Shown here piece after piece: positions 8,612 through 18,366 of a stretch of 64,000 bases of DNA. Source of the DNA: an uncultured Thermodesulfobacteriota bacterium. GTDB lineage: Bacteria; Desulfobacterota; Desulfomonilia; UBA1062. The notes under the pieces were generated by a model. That model made no database searches. It was not told the origin of the DNA and was given only the letters and a program-made list of their open reading frames with translations. The stretch spans positions 291,029 to 355,028 of the forward strand of contig CALOBW010000030.1 of the NCBI GenBank assembly GCA_942491525.1. Direction: 5' to 3'. Numbering within the stretch: the first letter of the stretch is position 1; the number at the start of each line of letters is the position of its first letter. Position numbers and translations under genes: made by a program.

Positions 8612-10552
8612 ATGACACTGCGTAAAAAATTCTTAATCCCTTCAATCATTCTGGTAACCCTGGCCATGCTGATCTCGGCCCTGATTTCATACAACAGCGC
8701 CAAAAGCGCCCTGACCCACGCGGTCGAGGACTCGGTCAGCCAGATCGCCAGATCAACCGCCGACAATCTGGGCTCCTGGATCTCCCAAAACCGTATCGCA
8801 GTTGAGACCTGGGCCCAAAGCGGCATCGTCACTCAAATCCATACCGGCTCCACACCAATCAATGAGGCCAACCAGGAGTTGCTCCGACTGCGCCAGAACT
8901 ACAGCACCTATGAACTGATCGCGGTAACCGATGCCGCAGGTAATCTGATTGCCTCATCCGATCCAGCCACAGTCGGCAAAATCACTATTGCCGACCGTCC
9001 CTATTTCAAGGAGGCCATGCAGGGACAGACTGCTATCTCAGACGCCATCCTGAGCAAGAGCAGCGGCAACCAGATATATGTCATCGCCGCGCCTATCAAA
9101 CTGCAAGGAAAAATCAACGGCATCCTGCTTGCCACCATTAACCTCAAATCATTCAGCAAGGAGTACATCGATCCGATCAAAATTGGCGAGACCGGCTACG
9201 CCTACCTGATCAGCCGCGACGGCCTTATGCTTGCCCACCCGGATCAGGACACCATCATGAAATTGAACCTGACCGACTTCGACTTCGGCCACCAGATCAT
9301 ACAGCAGAAGAACGGCACCCTGAGATACACCTACAAGGGCGACGACAAGCTGGCCGGCTTCGCCACGGTCAAACAGACCGGCTGGATCGCAGTGGCCGGC
9401 GGCGAAATCAAAGATGTCCTCTCGGCCGTACGCCCCATGGCCACCCTCAACCTGATCAATGCCGTGGTGGTGGCCGTCATCCTCGGCCTGATCCTCTCCT
9501 TCATGACCGGCAGATTCATCCTCAAACCCCTGGCCGGCGTCACCTTCGGTCTGCGTGACGCCGCCGAGGGCGAAGGCGACCTGACCAAACGCATCAAGCA
9601 GGACACCAAGGATGAACTGGCCGAGCTGGCCAACTGGTTCAACGTCTTTATGGAACGGCTGGAACCGATCATCGGCCGCGTGCGCAATGCCGCCAACAGC
9701 GTTGAGAACTCCACCGCCGAGGTGCACAGCGGCACCCAGGGACTCTCATCCGCCACCCAGGAGCAGGCCGCGGCCGTTGAAGAGGTGGCCGCAACCATAG
9801 AGGAGATGACCTCATCCATCAAAACCAACGCCAGCAATGCCGACGAAGGCAGCAATATGACCACCCGAATGGTCGAGCAGGCCGACCGCAGCCGCCGTTC
9901 ATCCGCCGAACTGGTCCAGGCCATGAACGGGATCAGCGAAGCCGCCCGCAAGATCGGTGACATAACGGTCACGGTCAACGACGTGGCCTTCCAGACCAAC
10001 CTGCTGGCGCTGAATGCCGCCGTGGAAGCGGCCCGCGCCGGCGAGCACGGTAAAGGCTTTGCCGTTGTGGCTGAAGAGGTGCGCGCCCTGGCCCAGCGTT
10101 CGGGTGAGGCCTCGCACGAGATCCGCAGCCTGATCGAAGATGCGGTCAGCCGCATCAGTACCGGTGACGCCATGGTTAAACAGGCTGAAAAGGATCAGGA
10201 GGAGATCATCTCCCAGATCGAGGGCCTGGCCCAGACAATGCAGGAGATCTCGGCCGCCAGCAACGAACAGGCCAGCGGCGTCGACGAGGTCAACCGCGCC
10301 ATCGCCCAGATCGACACCTCCACCCAGCAGAACGCCTCCACCGTTGAAGAGCTCTCAGCCACCGCCGAATCCCTGAAACTGGAAGCTGTCGCCCTCTCGA
10401 GCGACGTGGCCCACTTCAAAGTCAGCGATTCGCAACACAGCAAAGTTGCCGAAACCGCTAGCCGCAGGGCCCAGCCGAAACCGGCGGCGCCCCCCAAGAG
10501 CAGCCCTAAAAACATAGATCACGGCGACATGGACGATTTTGAAGAGTTCTAA
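8612..10552 (+). CDS. Methyl-accepting chemotaxis protein with a periplasmic dCache_1-type sensor
   Basis: An N-terminal TM helix is followed by a Cache-like region (about residues 40-280), a second TM helix, HAMP, and the MCP signalling domain ([38 protein letters not shown]). The C-terminus has an acidic tail ending DFEEF. An AAGGAG RBS is upstream. Confidence 0.85.
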   Translation: MTLRKKFLIPSIILVTLAMLISALISYNSAKSALTHAVEDSVSQIARSTADNLGSWISQNRIAVETWAQSGIVTQIHTGSTPINEANQELLRLRQNYSTYELIAVTDAAGNLIASSDPATVGKITIADRPYFKEAMQGQTAISDAILSKSSGNQIYVIAAPIKLQGKINGILLATINLKSFSKEYIDPIKIGETGYAYLISRDGLMLAHPDQDTIMKLNLTDFDFGHQIIQQKNGTLRYTYKGDDKLAGFATVKQTGWIAVAGGEIKDVLSAVRPMATLNLINAVVVAVILGLILSFMTGRFILKPLAGVTFGLRDAAEGEGDLTKRIKQDTKDELAELANWFNVFMERLEPIIGRVRNAANSVENSTAEVHSGTQGLSSATQEQAAAVEEVAATIEEMTSSIKTNASNADEGSNMTTRMVEQADRSRRSSAELVQAMNGISEAARKIGDITVTVNDVAFQTNLLALNAAVEAARAGEHGKGFAVVAEEVRALAQRSGEASHEIRSLIEDAVSRISTGDAMVKQAEKDQEEIISQIEGLAQTMQEISAASNEQASGVDEVNRAIAQIDTSTQQNASTVEELSATAESLKLEAVALSSDVAHFKVSDSQHSKVAETASRRAQPKPAAPPKSSPKNIDHGDMDDFEEF

Positions 10553-11190
10553 AGTTCAGCCGCAAGGATCGTATCGATCATCTTGAGGAACTCGCTGAAG
10601 AGAGCCTCATAGCTCATACCGTAGACATCCTCAAAGTGCCGGCGGCGCATCAAAATGATCTGCAGCACGCCGGAAAACTGGCCCCAGATGATCAGCATCA
10701 GCTGCCTGGGCTCCAGGCTCGACCTGATGGAGCCATTCTTCTGCCCCTGCTCCAGGGCCCGGGTGATGATGACGGCCATCTCGTCACTGACCTTCTGACA
10801 GGCCTCCCTGAAGTAGCCTTCCGCCCGCGGTTCGCCATAGTAGATGCAGTCCTTGGACTCATAGCGCATGATCAGGTCGAAATAGGCCGGATAGCTGATA
10901 AAGAAGTTAAAGTAGGCGTGCGCCAGCTTGTGCACCGGATCACTGCTCAGGGCCGCCTCACGCAGCATCTCGGTCAGAATTTTGAGGCCCCGCTCGACAA
11001 TCGCCAGGAAGATCTCCTCCTTGTCGGCGAAGTAGTGATAGATGGTGCGCTTGGTGTAACCGGCGGCCGCGGCAATCTCATCGATGGTGGCGTCATCATA
11101 GCCCTTCTCAAAAATCACGGCTTCGGCCTTCTCGATGATGCGCTGCTGGCGCTGCCGGCGCTCCCACTCTTTACGATCAATCTCCTGCAT
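10549..11190 (-). CDS. TetR/AcrR-family transcriptional regulator
   Basis: The N-terminal HTH is [26 protein letters not shown]. It is divergent from the membrane-protein gene at 11286, and the intergenic region carries TTGACA..TATAGT-like promoter elements. Confidence 0.8.
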   Translation of the reverse strand: MQEIDRKEWERRQRQQRIIEKAEAVIFEKGYDDATIDEIAAAAGYTKRTIYHYFADKEEIFLAIVERGLKILTEMLREAALSSDPVHKLAHAYFNFFISYPAYFDLIMRYESKDCIYYGEPRAEGYFREACQKVSDEMAVIITRALEQGQKNGSIRSSLEPRQLMLIIWGQFSGVLQIILMRRRHFEDVYGMSYEALFSEFLKMIDTILAAEL

Positions 11191-11285
11191 TCAAACCTCC
11201 AGCTTGACAGCCATGCTCAGCGTATAGTATTTCACCATAGTGTAATGCCGTTCAATATTATGTGTATTTTAACAGGAGGAGTGAA

Positions 11286-12437
11286 ATGATTCCAGCCTTG
11301 ATTGCATTTTATGTCTTATTCCCGGTCCTTGTGATCTGGCTCTGCTACCGTTTTGAATTCTTCAACAAGCTCGGGGCCGTAATTATCTGCTATATCGTGG
11401 GCATCACCCTGGGCAACATCGGCATCCTGCCCGAGGGTGTGGCCGGTCTGCAGGACACCCTGAGCAGCGCGGCCGTTGCCGTTGCCCTGCCCCTGTTGCT
11501 CTTCTCCATGGACGTCAGGGCCTGGCTCAAGCTGGCCGGCAAGGCCATTATCTCCATGCTGGGCGCCACCGTGGTAATCGTGGCCGTGGCCTCCCTGGCC
11601 GTGATTATGATCAACGGCCAGGTGGAGGAAGCCTGGAAGCTCGGCGGCATGGCCATCGGCGTCTATACCGGCGGCACCCCCAACCTGGCCGCCATCAAGG
11701 CCGCCCTCAATGTTGACCCGACAACCTTCATCATCATCCACACCTACGACACCCTCTTGAGCCTGATCTACATCATTCTGGCCATGAGCGTGGCCCAAAA
11801 GTTCTTCAACCGCTTCCTGCCCAAATTCCAGTTTGCCGATGCCGAGCAGGAGGCCGACGACCTGGAGGCTGAGGACATCCACTCCTACGCCGGCATCTTC
11901 AAACGTGATACGGTGCTCAGACTGCTGGGTGCAACCCTGCTGTCCGGCCTGATCCTGGCCAGCGCCCTGGGCATCGCCAGCCTCTTTCCGCAGTCATACA
12001 CAACCTCCATCACCATCCTGATGATCACATCGCTGGGCATCGCGGCCTCCTTCGTGCCCCAGGTGCGCGCAATCGATAAAACTTTCCAGCTCGGCATGTA
12101 CATCATCCTGGTCTTCTGCCTGGTGGTGGGATCAATGGCCAACCTCAAGGATCTGATCAACATCAACTGGCACCTGATGTTCTTCGTGACCTTCTGCATC
12201 TTCGGCTCGCTCATGCTGCACGCCCTCTTCTGCAAAATATTCGGCATCGACACCGACACCTTCATCATCACCTCGGTCTCGGCCATCTGCTCGCCGCCCT
12301 TTGTGCCGGTGGTGGCCAGCGCGCTTAAGAACAAGGAGATCATCCTCTCGGGTCTGACCACCGGCATCATCGGCTACGCCATCGGCAACTACCTGGGCAT
12401 CAGCTGCGCCTACATACTCAAGGCCCTGCTGGGCTAA
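11286..12437 (+). CDS. Polytopic membrane protein (possible DUF819-like transporter), probably controlled by the divergent TetR
   Basis: An AGGAGG RBS lies 6 nt upstream of the ATG at 11286; the 11262 start given in the ORF track is less likely. There are about 10-12 TM helices and no signature I can name confidently. Confidence 0.45.
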   Translation: MIPALIAFYVLFPVLVIWLCYRFEFFNKLGAVIICYIVGITLGNIGILPEGVAGLQDTLSSAAVAVALPLLLFSMDVRAWLKLAGKAIISMLGATVVIVAVASLAVIMINGQVEEAWKLGGMAIGVYTGGTPNLAAIKAALNVDPTTFIIIHTYDTLLSLIYIILAMSVAQKFFNRFLPKFQFADAEQEADDLEAEDIHSYAGIFKRDTVLRLLGATLLSGLILASALGIASLFPQSYTTSITILMITSLGIAASFVPQVRAIDKTFQLGMYIILVFCLVVGSMANLKDLININWHLMFFVTFCIFGSLMLHALFCKIFGIDTDTFIITSVSAICSPPFVPVVASALKNKEIILSGLTTGIIGYAIGNYLGISCAYILKALLG

Positions 12438-12448
12438 CTGGAGGAAAT

Positions 12449-13960
12449 ATGCAAATACCTGAACACGGCAGAGATTATAATAAAGTACTGGAAGAGATGC
12501 AGGCATTCCGCGGCGAGGACGCCAACTACCTGGACGCGCGCGTCTGGTCGCTGGTCTACCATCTCAACCATGAGCACACCGACTTCCTGAAGCAGGCCCA
12601 CGGGCTCTACTTCTCGGAGAATGCATTAAACCCCATGGCCTTCAAGAGCCTCAAGCGCTTCGAGCATGAGGTGGTGCGCATGGCCGCCAGCCTGCTGCAC
12701 GGCGACGATAAGGTGGTCGGCACCATGACCTCGGGCGGCACCGAAAGCTGCCTGCTGCCGGTCCTGACCTACCGCGAATATGCCAAGTCAAAACGCAAAC
12801 TGCCCTTCAAACCCGAGATGATCGCGCCCGAGAGCATTCATGTGGCCTGGGAGAAGGCCGCCAAATATTTCGGCGTCAAGATGGTGCATGTGCCCCTCAA
12901 GGATGACTGCCGCATGGACCTGGAGGCGGTGCGCAAGAAGATCAACCGCAACACCATCCTCATAATCGGCTCGGCGCCCTCCTATCCGCATGGGGTAATC
13001 GACCCCATCGCCGAGCTGGGCCGGCTGGCCCAGAGCAAGAACATTCCCCTGCACGTGGACTCCTGCCTGGGCGGCTTCCTGCTGCCCTTTGTGGAGCAGA
13101 TCGGCTATAAAATTCCGCCCTTTGACTTCCGTGTGCCCGGCGTGACATCCATATCCGCTGACGTGCACAAGTACGGCTTCGCGGCCAAGGGCGCCTCAAC
13201 CATCCTCTACCGCAGCATGGACTACATGCAGCACCAGTTCTTCATCCACGAGGACTGGCCCGGCGGCGTCTTCGCCTCCCCGGCCCTGCTCGGCACCCGC
13301 CCCGGCGGAGCAATCGCCGCGGCCTGGGCCGCGCTGAACGCCATCGGCCAGGAGGGCTACCGCAAAATTGCCACCGAAATCATGGGGATCACCAACCAGC
13401 TCAAAGAGGGCATCAACGCCATCGAGGGGCTGGAGATCATGAGCAACCCCGAGATGAGCGTCTTCGCCTACCGATCGACCGACCCCGAGATCAACATCTT
13501 TGCCGTCGGCGACATCATGGAGGAACGCGGCTGGCACATCGACCGGCTGCAGCGCCCCGAGGGCCTGCACGCCATGGTCACCCCGGCCCACGCCAAGGTC
13601 GTCCCGACCTACCTGAGCGACCTCAGGCAGGCCGTGGCAGAGGTCAAGGCCAACCCTGGCCTGGCGGCCAAGGGCAACGCCGCCATGTACGGCATGATCG
13701 CCAACGTGCCCTTCAGGGGCATGATCAAGAAGGAGGTCAGCAAGATGATGCAGGATATGTACGGACCCGCAGGCCAGATTACCAACAATATTGATGGACT
13801 GAAGTTCACTATGACTAAAGGGTGTCAACCTAAACTCTTTACCGAAGTGGTAAAAAAATTAGAAAAGGATAAAAAGATAGAAAGAACTGGTGAACTCAAA
13901 TATAGTTCGACGAATATTCATAAAGCGCCAAAATATAATATCAAGGTAATCACACAATGA
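12449..13960 (+). CDS. PLP-dependent sphingosine-1-phosphate-lyase-like / group II decarboxylase-family enzyme; the last ~58 codons are encoded by low-GC foreign DNA
   Basis: The PLP-lysine block SADVHKYGFAAKGAS matches the S1P lyase block ISCDTHKYGFAPKGSS. HVDSCLGGFLLPF and GGTESCLL are typical of the fold-type I decarboxylase family. GC content drops sharply at about 13778, yet the frame stays open to 13960. Confidence 0.7.
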   Translation: MQIPEHGRDYNKVLEEMQAFRGEDANYLDARVWSLVYHLNHEHTDFLKQAHGLYFSENALNPMAFKSLKRFEHEVVRMAASLLHGDDKVVGTMTSGGTESCLLPVLTYREYAKSKRKLPFKPEMIAPESIHVAWEKAAKYFGVKMVHVPLKDDCRMDLEAVRKKINRNTILIIGSAPSYPHGVIDPIAELGRLAQSKNIPLHVDSCLGGFLLPFVEQIGYKIPPFDFRVPGVTSISADVHKYGFAAKGASTILYRSMDYMQHQFFIHEDWPGGVFASPALLGTRPGGAIAAAWAALNAIGQEGYRKIATEIMGITNQLKEGINAIEGLEIMSNPEMSVFAYRSTDPEINIFAVGDIMEERGWHIDRLQRPEGLHAMVTPAHAKVVPTYLSDLRQAVAEVKANPGLAAKGNAAMYGMIANVPFRGMIKKEVSKMMQDMYGPAGQITNNIDGLKFTMTKGCQPKLFTEVVKKLEKDKKIERTGELKYSSTNIHKAPKYNIKVITQ

Positions 13961-14694
13961 GCACAAGCAAAATCGAATGGACCGAAAGCACCTGGAACCC
14001 TACATCCGGATGCACAAAAATATCTACTGGCTGCAAAAATTGTTATGCCGAACGTATGGCCAAACGACTACAAGCAATGGGGATATCCAAATACAAGGAT
14101 GGATTCCAATTGGCTATACACCCAGAGGTACTCAACGAACCATTCTCATGGAAAAATCCCAAATTTGTCTTCGTCAATTCGATGAGTGATCTATTCCATG
14201 AAGATATGCCTTTAGAATATATCAAAAAAGTTTTTACAGTAATAAATGAAAACCCTAAGCATACATTCCAAGTCTTAACAAAGCGTGCTGAGATTTTAGA
14301 AGAATATTCACCTCATCTTAATTGGACAAAAAATATATGGATGGGGGTAACAGTTGAGGATCAGACCTGCGTATCACGCATAGATAACTTGAGAAAAACT
14401 TCCGCCACTGTAAAATTTCTATCAATGGAGCCACTACTAAGCAATATATCTGATATTAACCTAACAGATATCGATTGGGTTATAGTTGGAGGAGAATCTG
14501 GTCCTGGAGCCAGACCCATGAATGAAAGTTGGGTGCTAAACATCAAAAACCAATGCTCAGATTACAACGTACCATTCTTTTTTAAGCAGTGGGGTGGTGT
14601 TAACAAAAAAAAGGCAGGGCGACTACTATTGGGAAAAACTTGGGATCAAATGCCTATAACTCATCCCATAATGCAAAAAGAGGTACATTTTTAA
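13957..14694 (+). CDS. Phage Gp37/Gp68-family protein (DUF5131)
   Basis: The N-terminus MSTSKIEWTESTWNPTSGCTKISTGCKNCYAE matches the IEWT..TWNP..GC...GC..CYA consensus of PF07505 and gives a CX6CX2C cysteine triad. The gene sits in a ~0.95-kb AT-rich patch with host-atypical codon usage. Its start codon overlaps the upstream stop (ATGA). Confidence 0.7.
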   Translation: MSTSKIEWTESTWNPTSGCTKISTGCKNCYAERMAKRLQAMGISKYKDGFQLAIHPEVLNEPFSWKNPKFVFVNSMSDLFHEDMPLEYIKKVFTVINENPKHTFQVLTKRAEILEEYSPHLNWTKNIWMGVTVEDQTCVSRIDNLRKTSATVKFLSMEPLLSNISDINLTDIDWVIVGGESGPGARPMNESWVLNIKNQCSDYNVPFFFKQWGGVNKKKAGRLLLGKTWDQMPITHPIMQKEVHF

Positions 14695-14738
14695 ACATTC
14701 CTTTCAACCTCACTACCAATCTCAGAATATATCCGAGC

Positions 14739-15239
14739 TCACCCCTGCCTCTCCCTAACCTCAGCAATCACCTCAGCCCCAACCACATCCATCTTCTCAA
14801 AGGCATCAGCATCAAAGAGGGCAAACTCGCCTTGAGCCGTAGCGCAAATGTTGCCCTCACTGTCCTCAATCTGAGCAGCCATGATGGCGCGGCGCTCGTC
14901 GAGATGTTCGTGCACCCAGCCGCTCACGCTCAGCTCGCTCTCGATCAGGATGGGTTTCCTGAACCTGACATTGATCTCCTTGGTCAGGATGAAGCGCTTG
15001 AGCAGATGGATGGCGCTCCAGGCCATGGCCTCATCCAGCAGGGCCGAGATGATGCCGCCGTGCACCAGGTTGTGCCAGCCGCGCATGTATGCCGGCACGG
15101 TCACGGTCGAGTAGAGTTTCTGACCGTCGGTGGCAAAGCGCATCTTGAGACCGTAGGGGTTCTCAGAACCGCAGCAAAAGCAGACCGTGTCGATGCCCTC
15201 CAGCTCAACTAACTCTCCATTTTCCATAGGACTATCCAT
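14739..15239 (-). CDS. PaaI/4HBT-family hotdog-fold thioesterase
   Basis: The C-x2-C N-terminal segment and the HGG motif region (NLVHGGIISALLDEAMAWSA) match PaaI-type thioesterases. The likely start is MDSPMENGEL. The 5' extension in the ORF track reaches into the divergent promoter region. Confidence 0.7.
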   Translation of the reverse strand: MDSPMENGELVELEGIDTVCFCCGSENPYGLKMRFATDGQKLYSTVTVPAYMRGWHNLVHGGIISALLDEAMAWSAIHLLKRFILTKEINVRFRKPILIESELSVSGWVHEHLDERRAIMAAQIEDSEGNICATAQGEFALFDADAFEKMDVVGAEVIAEVRERQG

Positions 15240-15350
15240 CACGCCTCCAGCACCACTTAGCCTAGCATGTGCGACCGACCAGATCAATCTTGCGAACTCT
15301 AAACACATCATCTAAAGATAGTGTATTGAACAGACAGCAACGAGGGCTAT

Positions 15351-18260
15351 TTGAAGCAACAGATCATCAGACACGAGGCGCTGGCCCACTGCCAGCTGCT
15401 CTTTCAGGACGACTTCAACCTACTGGTCATCGAGGGCCAGGCCGGCCAGGGCAAGACCACCCTGGCCCAGCAGCTCAGAGAGTGCGCGCCCATCAGGACC
15501 ATCTGGCACAGCTGCCAACCGGCCGAGGCCGACCCCCTGAGCTTCTGCCAGAACCTGGCCGTCAGCCTCAAGCTGCCGCCGCTCACACCGATGATGACCG
15601 ACTACCTGCAGCTGCAAATCTGCCGGGCGCCCCTGGATGACTGCCTGCTGTTGCTGGACGACTACCATCTGATCATGGAGCAGCCCCGCAACCTTGAGCT
15701 GCTGGAAAGTATGCTGCTCAAGAGCGGTCTCAAACTGGGACTGATCACCCGCCATTACCGCGAAAAAATCGGCCAGGAGCGCCAGACCATCTTCATCGAC
15801 AACGAACTGCTGGCCATGAACCTGGATGAGACCGCCAGCCTGCTCACGGCCCAGACCCCCCTGGCCGCGGCCAAGGTGCGTCAGATCCACGCGCTGACCG
15901 AGGGCTGGGCCAGCGGCATCTGCCTGATCCGGGAGCGTTTGCGCCACGGCAACCATGAGCTGCCGGCCGGCAACATCCTGCAGGCCATGGATCTGATCAG
16001 CGAGACCCAGAGTCCCGAGCTGATCATGCTGGCCAATTTGGAACGCATTCCGGCCGGCCTGCCGCAGGACAGAGCACTTCTGGACGATCTGGCCGCCCGG
16101 GCCTGCTTTGTGCGCCGGGACGAAACCCACTACACCCTGCACCAGCTGCTGAGGGAGGCCCTCAGCAGGCGCCAGGCCTCCCTGAGTGCCGCCTTCAGGC
16201 ATCAATGGGCCCAGCGCGCCGGCCAGTGGTGCCTGGATAACGGCCTGATTGAGGAGGGCCTGACCATCCTGGCCATGGGCAACTGTTTCGACCAGCTCAG
16301 GGAGGGCATCAGGGAGCACGGCATGGGTTTGCTGGCCCTGGGGCGTTTCAGCCTGGTCGACGCACTGCTGGACAACCTTTCAGACCGGCTTGAGGACCCC
16401 TGGCTGCAACTGATGCGCGGCACGATCCTGCTGGCCCTCAAGCCCGAGGAGACCAGGCCGTGGCTGGTCAGGAGCCTCAAGGGCATGCAGGCCGCCGGCG
16501 ATCACGAGGGCGAACTGCACGCCACGGCGCGCCTGATCGAGTATGAGGCCCTGATGGGCGGCAGCTTCGGCCAGATCGACATGAGCCGGGCCGTCAGCCT
16601 GCTGGGCAACCATCCGCTCAACCTGCTGGCGGCCATCGCGCTGGGCTCCTGCTACGCCCGCAACGGCGATGACGCCGCCGAACTGGTCAGGCGGCTGCAG
16701 AACAAGCTGGCCCAGTCCAGCTGCAGCCAGCTCGATCTCTTCAGCTCACTGGTGCCCTGCGTCCACCAGATCCTGCGCACCGACGTCAACAGGGCCCTGC
16801 TAATCCTGGACCGCTACGTCTCGACCGATTCGGCCCTCAGCCCGGCCGGTCTCTTCGCCATCCACTTCGCCCTGCTCAACATCCTCAGGATCAGGGGCCG
16901 CGATTTTAAGCTGACCAACGACTACATCCAGAGCCGCTTCCACCATCTGCTCTCACGCTCCCACCTGGGCGGCCTGCAGAGCCTCTGGCTATCGGGACGG
17001 CACCTGAGCGAGGACAACGCCCAGCTGGCGCTTGAGACGCTGATGGCCGCCGACACCCGCGACTGCCGCAATCTGCAGGCCATCGCAAGCTCCTGGCAGG
17101 TCCTCTACCTGGCCCAGCTGGGCCGCCACCAGGAGGCCGCCCGGGTTGCCGCCGAAGCCTGGGAACTGCGCCAGCAGGAGGGCGGCTACTACTATACGCG
17201 CCAGTGCCGCATCATCCTGGCCTGCGCCCGCAGCCTCGACCCCGAGGACAGCGCGGCGGCCGCTGAGCTCAGCCAACTCATAGGTGAGCACTCCGACCAT
17301 CAGGACGCCTCGATCCAGGCCATGGCCCAGGGCTACCTGGCCAGGTGCCAGCTGCAGCGCGGCCAGCAGGCCCAGGCCCTGCGCTACACCGAGGCGATGC
17401 TGATCACCCTCGGCGGCATCGACTGCTGCAACTTCATGGGCTTTGCACCCCGCACCTTTGAGCCCCTGCTGGTGCTGGCCGTCAAGCATACGCGACAGAC
17501 CGCCCGGGCCAGGATGATCGCCAACCAGCGGCTCGGCCTTGACATTCTGGACGACGGCAGCCTGGTGCCGCGGATCAAGGTTGAAGCCCTGGAAGGCGGC
17601 AAACTTGAACTGAGCCACGCCGGGCGCCGGCTGAAACTGCACTCCGCCCAGCAGGTGGAGCTGCTGAGCGCCATCATCAGGTCCGGCGGCGGGCAGCTGA
17701 GCGCCCACCGGCTGCATGACGTTCTCTGGCCGGGCCAGGAGTACAACCGCGCCCGCCTGGCCAACCTCATGAAGCGGCTGCGCAGCCAGATTGAGACGCT
17801 CAGCGGCCAGAAACAGCACTATCTGACCATCCGCGGCGGCTGCGTCATCCTGCAGCACCTCTGCTGGGACGACACGAACGCCGGCCTGCTGGAGGGCATC
17901 GACCTGCTGACCGAGCAACGCCCCTGGAGCGCCGCCGTGCCGCTGCTGCGCGCCTTTGACCAGCTGCGCCGGCCCACGGTTCTGCCGGCCGACCCGGACC
18001 TGGTGCGCCGGGCGGCCCTGCTCTGGTGCCCGCAGCTCAAGCAGACCCACGATCCGGAGCTGGCCATCAAGATCGCCGAGCAGGCCCGCAGGCATACGCC
18101 CCGCGATGCGCGCCTCAGCCGCCTGACCTACGACCTGCTGATGGAGAACAACCAGAAGGCCCAGGCCCTCAATCTGGTGGATGAACTGCGCTGCAACCTC
18201 AGAGACTACCCGCCCGAGGGCCGCGAAACAGTCATGGACAGTTTCTGGAATGGCTCGTGA
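15351..18260 (+). CDS. Large STAND-type (MalT/AfsR-like) ATP-dependent transcriptional regulator with an internal OmpR-like winged-helix
   Basis: Walker A is GQAGQGKTTLAQ at residues ~30-41, and Walker B is hhhhDDYH (LLLLDDYHL). Long Leu/Ala-rich helical (TPR-like) repeats follow. A trans_reg_C-like segment is present near residues 760-820 (HRLHDVLWPGQEYNRARLANLMKRLRSQIE). GC is about 70%. Many antisense ORFs here are artefacts. Confidence 0.55.
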   Translation: MKQQIIRHEALAHCQLLFQDDFNLLVIEGQAGQGKTTLAQQLRECAPIRTIWHSCQPAEADPLSFCQNLAVSLKLPPLTPMMTDYLQLQICRAPLDDCLLLLDDYHLIMEQPRNLELLESMLLKSGLKLGLITRHYREKIGQERQTIFIDNELLAMNLDETASLLTAQTPLAAAKVRQIHALTEGWASGICLIRERLRHGNHELPAGNILQAMDLISETQSPELIMLANLERIPAGLPQDRALLDDLAARACFVRRDETHYTLHQLLREALSRRQASLSAAFRHQWAQRAGQWCLDNGLIEEGLTILAMGNCFDQLREGIREHGMGLLALGRFSLVDALLDNLSDRLEDPWLQLMRGTILLALKPEETRPWLVRSLKGMQAAGDHEGELHATARLIEYEALMGGSFGQIDMSRAVSLLGNHPLNLLAAIALGSCYARNGDDAAELVRRLQNKLAQSSCSQLDLFSSLVPCVHQILRTDVNRALLILDRYVSTDSALSPAGLFAIHFALLNILRIRGRDFKLTNDYIQSRFHHLLSRSHLGGLQSLWLSGRHLSEDNAQLALETLMAADTRDCRNLQAIASSWQVLYLAQLGRHQEAARVAAEAWELRQQEGGYYYTRQCRIILACARSLDPEDSAAAAELSQLIGEHSDHQDASIQAMAQGYLARCQLQRGQQAQALRYTEAMLITLGGIDCCNFMGFAPRTFEPLLVLAVKHTRQTARARMIANQRLGLDILDDGSLVPRIKVEALEGGKLELSHAGRRLKLHSAQQVELLSAIIRSGGGQLSAHRLHDVLWPGQEYNRARLANLMKRLRSQIETLSGQKQHYLTIRGGCVILQHLCWDDTNAGLLEGIDLLTEQRPWSAAVPLLRAFDQLRRPTVLPADPDLVRRAALLWCPQLKQTHDPELAIKIAEQARRHTPRDARLSRLTYDLLMENNQKAQALNLVDELRCNLRDYPPEGRETVMDSFWNGS

Positions 18261-18366
18261 TACCTCTTTGTTACCCCCGCATAAAATGACCATTGGCCAC
18301 CACCGACCTCCCGCGTTTTAAATTGGCTTAGCTGCAAGGCAGCCAATAAACATCGAGGAGAGCAGA

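Noticed and set aside
15420-18293. Long minus-strand ORFs (299 aa and 434 aa) opposite the STAND regulator
   Set aside because: They are Gly/Ala/Gln/Leu low-complexity translations of the ~70% GC antisense strand, with no RBS or motif. The plus-strand gene has clear Walker motifs.
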